A stretch of DNA of 63,163 nucleotides, counting the filler, from Choristocarpus tenellus KU-1152 (taxonomy: Eukaryota > Protista > Phaeophyceae), in assembly GCA_964200185.2 (NCBI GenBank). It is 10 parts of 10 records of this genome, joined end to end, with 100 filler letters (N's around TTAATTAATTAA, not from the genome) between each part and the next. Parts side by side here need not be neighbours in the genome. Positions count along the whole stretch, not along the records: positions 19,783 to 24,590 come from CAXNAD020012981.1; positions 24,691 to 29,651 come from CAXNAD020012368.1; positions 29,752 to 33,090 come from CAXNAD020020708.1; positions 33,191 to 35,779 come from CAXNAD020026495.1; positions 35,880 to 52,571 come from CAXNAD020000791.1; 5 more parts are not named here. One strand, given 5' to 3'. Positions 23,117 to 36,420 of the stretch are shown here, one piece after another (position 1 is the stretch's first letter; the number at the start of each line of letters is the position of its first letter). The notes below the pieces were generated by a model. That model was not told where the DNA came from, searched no databases, and worked only from the letters and a program-made list of their open reading frames with translations. The translations under genes were made by a program, and so were the position numbers.

Positions 23117-24690
23117 TTCGTGGATGACTCCATGTCCTGGATTGGCTCACTCTCGTTGGCCTTCTGGTACTCTTTTTTTATTTCCTCGACAACATCTGGA
23201 AGGTATTCTCGCTGACGATGTATCGTTCTTCTGATTAATGGGTTGGGCATGTTGGTTAGTGGTCATACAAAACATTTTTCCCGTCACCTTATATCTAAAT
23301 TTACCGGTGTAACCAATGTGAATCGTGTGATTCTGTTGTGGCATGGTTCACTCAGGCAAGGGTGGTGACGAGAATCACCGGGCAAGACGGACCAGACGGA
23401 CCAGACGGACCGGACGGAACAGACGGACCAAAATGAACCGTAACCGAGAGGAGACAAGGTTAAGGTTGGACATGTGCAAAAACTGCAGAGAACTGCAGTG
23501 AATTCCAGAGTCCTGCAGAGAACTGCAAAGTGAGGAGAATCTCATGATAGGGGGATCATTAGAAATGTCAATACGACACAACAAAGAGAATATTTGATGC
23601 TTGATATCTCTGATAGAGAAGAGATATCCACTACTTGTGGGATTAGTCTCTTAAAAAATTCCACACCTCAACTCACAAACGATCCTTCGCTGAAATCTGG
23701 GATTCCTGACAAGGAACCCGTCTAGTGGTATGATAACAAACAACCCTGCTTACCACAAATATAGTACATATCATTCTCTGGTTCCTTCATCGGCTTCTAT
23801 ACTTATCTCTGCTTCGCTTCACCCTGGGTACTCATTTAATCAACCAAGTACAAAAGAGTGGCCAAAACAACGATACACTAGCAGATATTTAGGAGCTTGC
23901 TTTCTAGCCTGTATATTATGTGTACACTTTACTGTGTCTACCACCCGCGACGATATACATGAGGTATTCGACGGGCAACATGAACAAGGCTACATACCTC
24001 CCTAGTTCCATGTTGAGAGGACAGCAACAGACTACCACCATCTGCCCTTAGGATTTAGGGGGCAATCGTATACAATGTTTATACAGGGTTCCATGTTATG
24101 GTGATGACATCTGCAGGATATATATATTTGTACTGGATTACACAAGTTTCGGGTATTCTACACCCCTTACCTTACACAGCACGCATATTTATTTCCCAAT
24201 CATACGGTTTTTCTCCCATCTTACAATTTCTTATCATCATGGCCTCATTCATTAATTTCACTCCTTGCTTTGAGAGCCAAACCAATTGAGGGGTAGGCAG
24301 GTTTGGACCCTTTTACATTGTAAGCAACCTCTCTTACCTGTGCAATACACGATACTTCATTACTTCATGTGCAAACAGTATTTGCAAAATTGATTTTCCT
24401 CCTTCCCATACACAAAGTGACACCGCAATTCAGCGAAGGCTCTTTTTGCAATTGTACAAAAACACATACTTTTCCCTTTTCTTGGGATCCTAAAAATACA
24501 ACCCTGCCTAGCTCTTGGTTGGTTTAACTCCGAACTAGCCTCAGTAGTTACAGTAGGGTCAAATTATCTGGGGGGGGGGTGGTTTGTGAGNNNNNNNNNN
24601 NNNNNNNNNNNNNNNNNNNNNNNNNNNNNNNNNNTTAATTAATTAANNNNNNNNNNNNNNNNNNNNNNNNNNNNNNNNNNNNNNNNNNNN

Positions 24691-24760
24691 CCAAAAATCG
24701 CGACATACAAAAATGGACCCCAAATGGACAGCCGCCACCCCCTCCCAGATACTTTGAGCC
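24691..24760 (+). mobile_element. MITE family B right end at contig start
   Basis: AAAATCGCGACAT...CCAAATGGACAGCCGCCACCCCCTCCCAGATACTTTGAGCC. Other B stubs lie at or near contig ends: 1-26, 19597-19625, 24556-24580, 52531-52571, 52672-52692, 63143-63163. Confidence 0.88.
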
Positions 24761-24764
24761 TAAT

Positions 24765-25360
24765 CTAATTTTAATTTCAAAAAACCATAATGGATGTATT
24801 TTCCGGTTCATGGGTTTCGGGTGGTCCGACGGATCGCCCGAAACTCAAAGTTCGCTTTTCGTCGACATTTGTATTTACAAAATACAAATGTTGAACAATA
24901 TAAGATTTTGTATTTAAAACAAAAAGAGGGTATCAGTTTTTTGTGACCTTTCAGTTTCGGAATATTTGAAACGTACAAGATCAATTAAGTATGTGCTTTG
25001 TAATTTCAAAAATTGAAATTACGAATATAATCGAATTTTTAATTTCTAAAAACCATAATGCAGGTATTTTCCGGATCATGGATTTCAGGGTGGTCTGACG
25101 GATCGCCCGAAGCTCAAACATCGTTCATACGCCCGGCTTTGAATTCAGTTCTATCGTGCCCAAGACCGACTGTTGCCTGAAACCAGATTAGAATCTAGTT
25201 TTTATTTCATCACAGCAAGAATAAACGCGTTTTCCAGAACATGGATTTCACTTTGGTCCGACGGGTCTCTTCAAACTCAAACATCGTACGCCCGACTTCG
25301 AATTCAATTCACTTTTCTAGACCTTCTCACTGTCCAAGACCGCCTGTTGCCCGAAAACTC
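24765..25360. repeat. Three degenerate direct repeats upstream of a transposase-like gene (putative subterminal repeats)
   Basis: TTTTCC.G..CATGG.TTTC...TGGTC.GACGG....C..AA.CTCAAA recurs at about 24798, 25067 and 25230. Confidence 0.8.
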
Positions 25361-25394
25361 CATGACAGTTGCTCCCACAGCAAGGGGGTGACTT

Positions 25395-28300
25395 TTGTCG
25401 CCTGCGCCGCCCCCTGTGTTGCCCCCTCATCAGCCCGCCAACAATGATGTGCTGGAGCTTTCTACCAATGACGCTTCAGTGACCGGCGCCAAGCTTCGCC
25501 GAGAATGGGCTCAACCCATCCCGGTCAACGAACAGGGTGACTGCTGCAAGCGCTTAGCCTGTGTGAAGAAGTTCGCGGCAAATAGCGAGTCTTTCCTAGC
25601 CCGCACGTTGGCCAAAGAGCAGGACATCATCCGGGCGTGTGAGAATCACTGCGATCGCAAGCACTTCGTTGGTGACCGTGTACCTTTCATTAAGTTGGGG
25701 CCTGGAGGCAGACCTATGCTCGCGGTTGTCATTCTCGTTTGTACGCAGTTTTTCAAGGCATCATTCGGAATATCCAATCATGTCATGGACGCTTGCAAAG
25801 GTACACCTAATGCAAGAGCATCCTCCGGCTTGGAGAGGTGGGTTTGATGTATGTACACAGTGTTATTTGTACCCGGTATATATTTTCGCCTACTTGATGA
25901 TTGAACAGTAGTCCTATCTCAGAACAATGTAATCCGACTGTACTTGCCACAGTCAGTTTGCAGTTACCACGCATAGATGTCTGATGTACAAAGTTAGAGA
26001 TCCCTCCAGCGTGGAGTTATGTGTTACATTATGTGTATGTATATGTGTGATGTATTTATTTATGCTTGAACAATATCATCTCATCCGACCGTCCTTGTGC
26101 TGCTGCTGCAGTTACCACGCGTAAATACCTACAGAATTAGAGATTCGCTGCCAGTCTACGATTCCATCCCCCGTCCCTTATATCAACCTCCAACACACCT
26201 CCCATCCATATATACTTACGTGCGCTACTACAACAGGAAGGGCAGGAACAAAGAGAAGGGCATGGTTCGAAGCGAGACCTGGTGGTGTCCTGGATAGACT
26301 ACTGGGCGGATACGTACGGGCAGGTTCATGCCTCACAAGACCGCAATTGTGATCTACGCCGCGAACAAATAGGTAGGTTTTGCCCTTGGTCGTGGAGAGG
26401 TTAGCCACACCCTGCGTTGGAGTTAGTTGCAAACCGTGTGACCCAGCAGTACATAGAAGAAGTGGATCGAAGGAGTTTTTCAAGTGGTGGGTGGTTATTA
26501 CTTTGACCGGTCTGAGATTATGGTTAAAAAAAAATGTGAAGCTTCGTACGAAGTACTATTTTTATTCTTTCTAATGTCGAGACTACAATGATGATGATGA
26601 TACTCTCCGTCGCTTTTACGGAGGAAGGCCCAGTAACTGTTATGTCACCGCTGTGTACACCTACTCTGCGGCCCCAAGCCCGGTCTGACCTTGATAGTAA
26701 AAGTGTGAAATGTCGGGTTACGGTTTCCCTTACTACTACGACGGCGCTTTATTGTGTATGATGGGAGATCACCCTGTCAAGCGAATGCATGACGACGCGA
26801 TCTACAAGTTTTATCATCTTGCATCATCACTCTCAAATGGATGTCACCACAGCAACAAAATCGCCATCCCTTGTAAGCTGCGTGTCTCTATGGTCCTTCT
26901 CGAAATGGTGTTCATTTGGGGCCAACGGGCATCAATCTATAGGCACCACCAGCAAACAAGGTGTGTTTGACAGCGTGCCCATGCCTCTCGGCTGCAAACG
27001 ATCACGACACGGAAAGGAACGTACACACAGCTCACAGGGGATGGTTTTGTCATGACTTTGGCTTCTTTCGTTCAGACTAGTTACGTAGTCCTGTTGGGAA
27101 TTATTGATCGTCAGAAAAAAATATCTGAATTGATGACCACAGGTGTGAACCTTTCTTTTTTTCTGAGACCGGTCTACTCCATGCAGAAAGATGATAGAAC
27201 CATTCACTGCTGGACATGCCTCTTATTCTGTACCTTCCCACATGCATGGTGTGTACAGCATTGCGCCAGCAGAGAATACAAGAACACCCATGAACAACAC
27301 ACGGGGTGCGCAAGCGAGCGGTTCTTCGCGCAACTTATGTATGCCGTAACATCAGTCATTTGTCGATGAGACATACATACTTGTAGATGGCTTATACAAG
27401 TATGACGGCTGTGCAGTAACAAACGATAAAAATACAGCAGCAATACGATAGCTCAGCCGCCACCATGACGAAGCTCCTGTGAAGATAATACGTATCAGAT
27501 GTAATTTGATGGTAAGAGCAACAACAGTAGAATCAAGAGGTCATATTAATTTGCAAGTGCCTGTTCAACTATTTACGCGCCCTTCACTACCAACACGGTA
27601 GTGTAGTGTGTACTTCTTATGTCTCAAGGACTTCGCGATGATGATGATGATGATGGTAAATTCACCTCCTTTACGTTTCTGCAAACGGCGGCGAGACCCG
27701 AAGAGAATGGCGCTCGTGGCAGATTTACGAAGATCATTCTACTTGCTCTTTCATTACGCACGATGTAAGCTTGCTTGATCCTGTCTTCCGTATTGTTAGT
27801 TAAGTTATTGGTCATCCTGCCTTCGAGAGATCATGCAGCGGTGTTCTTCGAGTGTTCCTTCTCAATAATTCATCACTTGTCCACACAAACATTATTAATT
27901 AGGAGCTATACAAGGATTTTTGCAAAGAGGCAATACGGGTGTATCCTGACGACACTTCCAAGCGAGTAAGCTAGGCGCACTTCCTCCGAATGCTCAGAGA
28001 GGACAGGCCCAACATCAGGGTGAGGGTAGGAGGCAAATTTATGAAATGTGACATATGTGTCATGTTAAAAGAGAAGTGGCACGGTGCGCCTGGTGTAACA
28101 CCCACGAACGTCAGACCATCGAAAGGTAGGTGTCCGGCGTTAATTTTGCGACAATCGTACAGTAGCAACATGTCGCTGTGATTGCCCTCCATTGGGTTCA
28201 CATCTGTTGGCTTTTGCGAATGAAGACTCCGATGCAGGTGCTTATGGCAGAGGCAGTAGCCTCACTCAGTGCCAAACTGTTGTTATTAGTTGCCCAAACA

Positions 28301-29586
28301 TCTTGTGTGATGGACTGTTTCCTGGTCGTCTACAATGGGCTGTGGGAGGGACATGTGATGTTGCGGTCTTCCGGCCCCGTACATGCGTATATTTGCTCCC
28401 ATGCCGATAATACTGTCTTTGCCTTGAATGCAGCAGTAAAATATAGGAGCAAAGATAAACCTTTATTGTAACCTACACTCAATTTTTGTCACGTACCTGG
28501 TACGTGTTAACAAGTGGCCATTTTTTTAAACCTCTAAGCAAATATATTTGATTTATAGACGTGATGTTGCTCTCCCCCGTTCGCCAGATGATCCAAGTGG
28601 ATCGGCTGGTCATCGCCAACAAAACCAGCAGCGCCATGCGGGCCAAAGCCGACGGTAAGCCTCTCAGCTTCGTGTTCATGTCTGTAGACACGGCGAACCA
28701 GACATCCCACACCGTCCCAGCACCTTACCCACCTACCCACGGCGGTGACAGGTGACCACACGCACGCATAGTCCATTTGTCAACAAGTTTGTAGCCGCAC
28801 GCAGAAGAGAATAGACCACCCTGTTTTATTCAACGAGTGAGTGCAAAGTCCCAAGAAATAACCGCCAAAACAGATGCACATAATTCCGCTACCTATTCCG
28901 TTCATCATGATGATGACGCCCCGTAACACCTTTCTTTACACCTTTCTTTGGTCCATGTCCTTATTATCAGGGGCTACTCCTAGTGAGAGAAGATCATGGC
29001 CGCACACGTCGAAGGCCAGTTCGCGGAGGTGTTCTTCACTCCTCAAAATCTTGGAGGAGGTACGTATTGCGGGTTGTGGCACAACAATCACACGACCGAA
29101 TAAATGCTGGTTGCGCACGCACCACTTGATTGACTGTCATGGTGAGGGAACCCGCCGTAGGTTAGATACCCAAGGATGAGCACATCCTTGCACGATTTGA
29201 CTACAGATACTGTAGGCCTGGTTAACAGTCGATTGACTGATAATGTGCTGTGCTCCCCTGACCTCGTACGCCTCAGCTTCGGAAGGGTGAGGGGAACATA
29301 AGAGCTAATCAAGGAGGAGGGAAACCGACAGACATCTATATCAGCCAGTCGGGTGTATGTGCTATACATGGCAAAACACATTGTATTACCCCTCTTTTTA
29401 GCTCCAAGTAAACAATGCGTAAGTAAGCAGAGTACTATTCGCCAACTAACGACAGACATCATCGTTCGCGCAGGTTGTAACCTTGTCTGCACAGCCACCC
29501 ACCTTGCCCTCAAAAGGTTTATCGACAAGTACCACAACAGCCTCGATCATGTGGGGGGTTGCATCATCCAGCACGCGCATTGGCAG
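25395..29586 (+). pseudogene. Intron-interrupted Sola-like (DUF7869-type) DDE transposase, degenerate and 3'-truncated by contig end
   Basis: Ordered motif blocks typical of this family: CCKRLACVKKF...VCTQFFKASFGIS (25395-25840); YWADTYGQ/FMPHKTAI (frameshifted GDxMP-like, about 26300-26370); HFLRMLREDRPNIRVRVGGKFMKCDICVML (about 27975-28070); FMSVDTANQTSHTVP (DGxDQ-like, about 28675-28720); GCNLVCTATHLAL...IIQ (about 29470-29585). The assignment is by motif recall, not by search. Confidence 0.65.
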
Positions 29587-30844
29587 GTAAGAAAGTTTCA
29601 TCTTGAGACGACCTACTTGCGATCTACTCGCCGAATAGCGGCCACCAAGTANNNNNNNNNNNNNNNNNNNNNNNNNNNNNNNNNNNNNNNNNNNNTTAAT
29701 TAATTAANNNNNNNNNNNNNNNNNNNNNNNNNNNNNNNNNNNNNNNNNNNNCTCTTCCTTATATTATTATCTATTGCGCACGTCATCAGACACGTCAAAA
29801 TGTGTCTGTGTCAGTCGCACTACGTCAGCCACTAATATTGAACAAACTAACAAATCAATACATCGAGACTCGAAGCTGTGACTCCATACACACCAAATCA
29901 ATCCCTTGACCCTTACTCTACTCAGTCAATGCTTCTGTTGTATTCTGCTGTTCACTAAAGATATAACTGCGTATATAGTTCCTAGCCTATATTGCACAGT
30001 GATGAAGTAGTGGCATTTCATTTATCGATCTTTTTTTCTCTCGTAGAAATTTGACTATTTCAGATTATCTGGTGAAACTGATGTGTCTCGGCCATTGTCT
30101 TCTCCAATCTTCCTTCTCTCCTCAACTACTTTCATTTCCCCATCGACCACTGGTCTTTTCCCAAGTTGCCACTCTGTAGGGGAGATAAACAATAAGGGCC
30201 AACGTGCTCCTGATCGTCCAGGTCCCCCTCCTCCAACCAGCCATCCTACCCCAGCTTCCCTAGTGGGGCCTCACCCTCCCCACCCTTGCCCTTGTTGCCT
30301 GTGTCCATGGTATTGAGCAGAGGAGACATTTAATGTGGAACCCGTGGGCACAAGATTTGCCAATTTCGTTGGTCGGACCAACATGTTTTGGGGTGATTGC
30401 GATTCTTCATTTTCCGAGTCCTCGCCGCTTTCACTTGAATAGCCCTTGTTGCTTACACTTGAAGTGTTCTCGATTTCGTAGATCCTACCCAGCTGCATGC
30501 TAAGGAATCAACTCCAACTCTCAGTGCAATGATGACAATAAGGACGATACTAGGACTATGTCAGAGGGCATAATAATAAAAAAAATACAAGGACTACCGA
30601 CAAGCACATATATAAAGGGAAAGGTAGATCTCCTTACACAAGCCAACCGACCGATGCAATCGCAGTGCCATATTCTTATCGGGAATAGAACAAAGAAACC
30701 TCCCCCCTTCAAGTAAAAAATATATATATTTTAAAGCCATTACTGTACACATTTTTTTCCTTACTTCTTGCCATTCGAAGCTCACCATTCCTTCATTCAT
30801 CCCTGCCTTGGAAATAGACCATCTTCCAAAAATATGCATCTTTG

Positions 30845-31358
30845 TTCAGTATCAGCTCACAGGAACGCATGCTCCTCCCACCGTATAAAGTATCAGACGT
30901 CACACACACAACCAAACAAATCACATTTTTTCATCTTTCTGTTTTATGTGCTACTCCTCCATACAGAACCCTCTCGGCCGATGTCTTCAAGAAGTTTGAG
31001 AAGAATTTCTTCCCGTGTACCGCAATACAACCACAGGCCTCACATTTCAAGGACTGTGAATAGCTCACCTCCCAGACCGGCACGCTATCCTGGTGGTAGA
31101 TTTCAATTCACAACACGGTCATCATAATCACCAGGACATAATGGAGCAAGTGTTCTTCAATCTGTTTTTGGACTTCGTTCTTTATGAGCCAGCATGCATA
31201 AAGGTGGTATCGAGGGACACAGGAAACCTGGGGAAGGGACAGACATTTGTGCACAGCTTTGTGTTGCACTTGAGTCAAATGGGTACGAAAATACCATGTG
31301 CATGGAAATTCCTGCTCGCGCATTTGAATGTATAAGTGGAACGGTCTTATCTCGACGT

Positions 31359-31397
<39 letters not shown>

Positions 31398-32560
31398 TGT
31401 TGTCGTGCAAGGTGTTTGACTGTGTCGTGTACACTCAGCAACAGTGTCACACTGAAGGGTGCAAGTCTCACACTCAAAGCAGCCAAGAAAAACAAATCAA
31501 AATCTCTTGTCACGTGTACTGTTGGGATTGTTAAAACATAGGCTACTCTTTTGTTTCTTCTTGATATTACACAAAAACTACCAGCTTGCACTGACTGTTA
31601 ATTGGTACACTACACTGGTCGTTATTGTCCACCAATTTATTGCGCATCCCAACTCATCATCACATCGATGACAGTAGAGAGAGTATAGCATCAGTTGATA
31701 TTCAGTTGATACACATCACACACAGGAACATCATAGTACGCGTCATCCAAGTTACTTCGGAACTTATTCCAAGTGCATTCCACTGTCACCTTCTGTTCTT
31801 TTCTCTTTGCTGTAGTCGGTCATCTCTGTTCTTTTATTTATATTCATAAGACCCCGGATGCAAGTTAATTGTTGGTTAGTATTTATTTTCATTGGTTGTC
31901 ATTGCCCCCACTGAGCGCCTCAAGCTCACTCTGCAATAGTGCCCCTGACGCACACTTGGATGTAATACATACAGAGATAAAACCATCTACGGAAACCCTT
32001 GCCAGTCAAGGTAACAAACGTCTCCACAGAGCATGGACTTCTTTCGTTGAGTATCACATGAAATAACACTGGATTCACATCACATCATTCTTGACTGAGA
32101 GATCAATGACTTCAGTTAGTTGCAACAGAACAAATACATCAGTGATTTGCATCACAATTATATATCTACTCATACCACAGACTACATATTCTACTCATCG
32201 GTGCTTTACAACACCATGATTCCTCTTCACTCATAGTCTACGCATTTCGCTTACATATACAATGCATTCGATTCAGGTTTCGACAGGGATAGACAATCGA
32301 ATACAACCGAAAAGACCGAACGCTTATCGGATCGTGCATAGGCACTCTCACATGCCGCCCCAGGAAATAATGCCTGGACCAGATTCGAAAACAATCAAGA
32401 AAATAACCATACTGCTAAAGGAGAACTGCATCAAAATCCAAGCCCAAGTCTCCCCACCTCGTGCCCTTTGAACAGGTACTCAAACACATCTTCCAAGACT
32501 TCCCAGCCCTCGCAGGATGCACAGGGAATGCCTGTGCGCTGCCTTCCCCTGATACGCAAG
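30845..32560 (+). pseudogene. Possible second degenerate DDE transposase (Sola2-like)
   Basis: Fragments HAILVVDFNSQHGHHNHQDIMEQVF (about 31081-31155, DFxEN...QDE-like), HRAWTSFVEYHMK (about 32024-32063, HGK-like) and GTQTH...RECLC (about 32477-32537). Many stops. Confidence 0.35.
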
Positions 32561-33090
32561 TAACAGCATTCTACCTCCGACAGAGCAATTTGCACAGAAA
32601 AGGCCGTCCCTTAATGTCCAACTCTGTCAATTCCATTACCAATGCCCATATCCCACCAGATACCACGGTACACTATTTTAAAGCATAGGCTACTCATCCG
32701 TTTGTTCGTTGATACGATACAGTTCCACCAGTCAACACTGACCGTTGATTGGTCTATTACGTTCTGGACGTTATTTTCACCAGTTCGTCATCACCATATC
32801 AACTACAATCAGAACACCTTAGTACAGAACAGTCACTCTGCATTCGAAACAAATAGTATAGTATAGTTTACGTCACTTGAGTTGCATCACATAGTTTCTA
32901 TTTTGTTCTGTTGTTCTGTTGTTCTTTTGTTCTTTTGGGGTTTTTTTCACTATTTCTTATTATCAGCTGAAGATGACAGTTGTACATTTATGGTTGATTA
33001 TTATTTCTTTCGTGACTGCCATTGATGCCTCAAATTGCACCAACGCCACTCTGCAAAATGCCTATCAAACACACACATGGATGTAATATA
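31538..33090 (+). repeat. Diverged dispersed duplication (about 430 bp) at about 31538-31970 and 32684-33090
   Basis: Both start CATAGGCTACTC...ACCAG....CACTGAC.GTT.ATTGGT and end CACTCTGCAA..TGCC....CACAC.TGGATGTAATA. Confidence 0.75.
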
Positions 33091-33609
33091 NNNNNNNNNN
33101 NNNNNNNNNNNNNNNNNNNNNNNNNNNNNNNNNNTTAATTAATTAANNNNNNNNNNNNNNNNNNNNNNNNNNNNNNNNNNNNNNNNNNNNGGGAAAGGGG
33201 AAGAAATGGGGGTCATCACTCACAACACCCACAACCACCAAGTTACATATGGTACTGACATGGACATCTATCTTGAAGACGGCTTCGGGACAAAGGATTG
33301 CACATTCAGTTCAATGATGCATATTGGTCAGGATTAGAAAGGAGAACAACGCATCACATCACATCACATCACATCACACCACATCCTTGAACTACAACCT
33401 ATTTTGCTTCTTCTACATGCTGATTGTCCTATCAAAGTGTCACAAAAAAAAATGAGAAAAACATTCAATCGACTCTCGGCAATGCAATGACTACCCAGCC
33501 CCCCCCAAAACCAGAAAGGTTGTGAAATCAACGGAGCCTTCTCATTGGTCAATCCTTCATCACCGTCGCCGAAGTGGCCACAGAGCTCTACCCCAAAACC
33601 CGGTAGTCA

Positions 33610-35696
33610 TGACGCAAACCCGACCGCGAACTGACTTGTGTTTTTTGAAAGGATTGGATGGACCCTATCTTTGTTTCAGTCAACACATAAATTTTAAAAA
33701 AAGAAAATAAATGATGTAAACATATATATATATAATATATATTGCTATCTACTGGAAATGTTAAAAACATTAATGTTTTCAAGATCTTGATAGGGCGGTG
33801 ATTTGATCTTGCTCCTCCAACCGAATTCCACTCACTTCTAGAAAACAAAAGAAACTACCACTACACTAACCCTAACCCTAAAATACTTACACTCACACAT
33901 TCATATATATACATATAAATAGTAACTCTTGAAAAAGTACTACTACTGTTGTACATACGTGAATGAAAAGGGATTAAGAACCAAAATAATATCACATTCT
34001 GACTTTCTGAAAAGATATTTTACATCTGTCTACAAAACATGTACTCACTACTCTACAAAAATAAATAAATCTTGATGACTGCCCGTTTTATCCATCACAC
34101 AATCAATAATCAATATAACAAAAGTTAGATATTTGGTTCTTGTAATCTTAATTGAGTCAGTAGTAGTACAATACATACAATACAATACAATACATGTATA
34201 TTATCAAACATCAATATATCAGTAGGAAATCAACCTGGTCAGCAGATCAACCCAAGTATAAGTAGTTTTTAAAGATACTAGAATGTCCCTCAAAAAGGAG
34301 GGGAAACATATGTGATACTAATGGAACACTGCACCTGTACTTTACATGGACTTCTTCTTGACGGTTCACGACCGCCAAAGACAAACAGTCGACCAATCAA
34401 GAAGGTTCCTTGTGGGGGTCCGACCCTTCCGTTTTTCTCTGTCGGTTGTCATACGTTCCACAATCTACATCCTGTATCCAATGAAATCGTCTTTCTTGAT
34501 AGAACAAGACCTTCCTTAATTAATGCTCAACAAAGTACCATTGCATCAATCAGTTCACTTCTCTTCTGATAATAATTAATACCTATCACCACTATTTACC
34601 CTGTCTATACTGCTCTCTGCTCCTACCCCCCCCCCCGAAAAAAAAAGAAAGTAAAAAGCCTCTCGATCAAACCAACACAATCAAAGTGTAACTGACTGAC
34701 ATGCAGGGTGTAGTCTAATGCTCCCGAAGTAAGGTCTGCCTCCCTGAAGGTTGCAGCGCCATAGTAGGACAACCTCGTCTCTCTCGAGAGCACCTCAGTG
34801 TTGACCTGTGATTGGTCGAGACAAAACCCGCGGGTCGGCCAATAGAATCAAAGCAGGAACGGAGAGAAGGTACATACAGCGCATCAAATTCTCTCTCTGA
34901 TTGTTATTTTACAAAGGCGTTCTCTCAAGCCATCACACCTTGCTTGTAACGGTAGCGGCACCATCAACCCGAATCAACTCAACTCTACACGCATCAACTC
35001 CCACAAGGAGGACATGACAGTAAGAGTATCACAAGTCACTCAAGGAACAGGGTAGTTAGTGCACAGGGTGGCAACTCCAAAGAACACAAGAGCAAAAGCG
35101 TCTGAGAGGGTCATCACGTTTTGCCCTGTTAGTCTTTTTTATTTTGGGGCTTGGCTCTCCCAAACCACACCACGCAAAGGAGAACAATCCTTACTAATAA
35201 AATAATAAATTAATAAAATAAGAAGCATTTGTACTATCCCCAACACCTTTTCAACCACATCAAATAATGACCGCATCCTTGATTACCCACCCCCCCAACA
35301 CACAAAAGGATACCTGTAGAGATGAATGAAAGAACGGGCTGGTTAAAAAACCAAATGAAAATTAAAAAAGAGAGAGGGGGGGGGGGGGGGGGGGGAAGGG
35401 GAGGGGAAAACATAAAAACAGTACCAGGGTTAGGGATGTAACAAACCTCCACAGGATTCATAATTTCAGACAAGAAGGTGAAGGTAGGGAGAGAGATAAA
35501 CAACCTCCTTCGTCTTGCAGCCTCACCTGCCCCACACCACTCAGGTTAGAACCACTCAAAAATGATACCGCCACCGGGGTAGTGAGATCAGATCCCATCT
35601 TGTCCACAATAGCATCGGCATCGCAGGCGGAAACAGTCTCGTTGAAGATGCAGCCTTCACTGTACAGGAAAGGGGAAGACAGTCCCTCGTTGTAAA
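33610..35696 (-). CDS. Fragment of a spliced gene, unknown product
   Basis: Minus-strand exons with AG/GT boundaries: about 35527-35696 VYNEGLSSPFLYSEGCIFNETVSACDADAIVDKMGSDL...GQ|GTGAG; about 34697-34807 VNTEVLSRETRLSYYGAATFREADL; about 34335-34408 TFLIGRLFVFGGREPSRRSPCKVQ. Confidence 0.45.
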
Positions 35697-35879
35697 CCTT
35701 TGATGGTCCAAGGGAGGTTCGAGGTTCGAGAGGAGAAAAAACTTAACAGGTGGAGTTACACACAGTCTACTTTTGATGGNNNNNNNNNNNNNNNNNNNNN
35801 NNNNNNNNNNNNNNNNNNNNNNNTTAATTAATTAANNNNNNNNNNNNNNNNNNNNNNNNNNNNNNNNNNNNNNNNNNNN

Positions 35880-36098
35880 CTTGATGGGGTGTTGTATGAT
35901 ACCTCAGTTTTATACCCATTTAGAGGGTGATTCTCCTTCGAATTTGGCTCAGGAAAGGGGATGGAAAAGGAAGATACGTTCAAATGAAGGAAACTCTCCT
36001 TCCATCTAACACGTTTACTTGAATTACATGGAAATCGCTACAGGGTCACACAGGCCCCCCAATGGACGTGTGAACCCCCCACTAGGATACTTCAGTTC
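35880..36098 (+). mobile_element. Old MITE family C (related termini), 5' end cut by contig start
   Basis: Shares GGGGATGGAAAAGGAAG and CTACAGGGTCACA..GGCCCC.AAATG.ACG with 44090-44306. Ends in TA.GATACTT-like sequence resembling the A/B TIRs. Confidence 0.7.
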
Positions 36099-36420
36099 TC
36101 ATTTCAGAATGCTATTTTGATAATTATCTTCATAATGCCACAAGATTGTTAGGTCGTACGTTAGACTTGTATTTTAACCCTTTAGGCTGTGCATGCATGG
36201 TCTCTTAGGAATGTTGGGGACCTCCTTGCTACTCCTATACCTCACCCTGCTCTCATCAAAAGACTGTTCAGACTATTGCACCCCTCTCCCAACACTCTCC
36301 ACCACAATAACAGGACCCAAGCAATACCCAAGATCTCCTCATACTAGACCCATGTAGTATATATTCCTTCACCCTCCCTATTTTCTGGACAACTTATGTT
36401 GGTCTGCCTCATGCTCACAG

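Noticed and set aside
23330-24300. LTR retrotransposon (TGGTATGA PBS-like site at about 23726, 9-bp GACGGACCA repeats)
   Set aside because: No second LTR and no recognisable gag or pol motifs.
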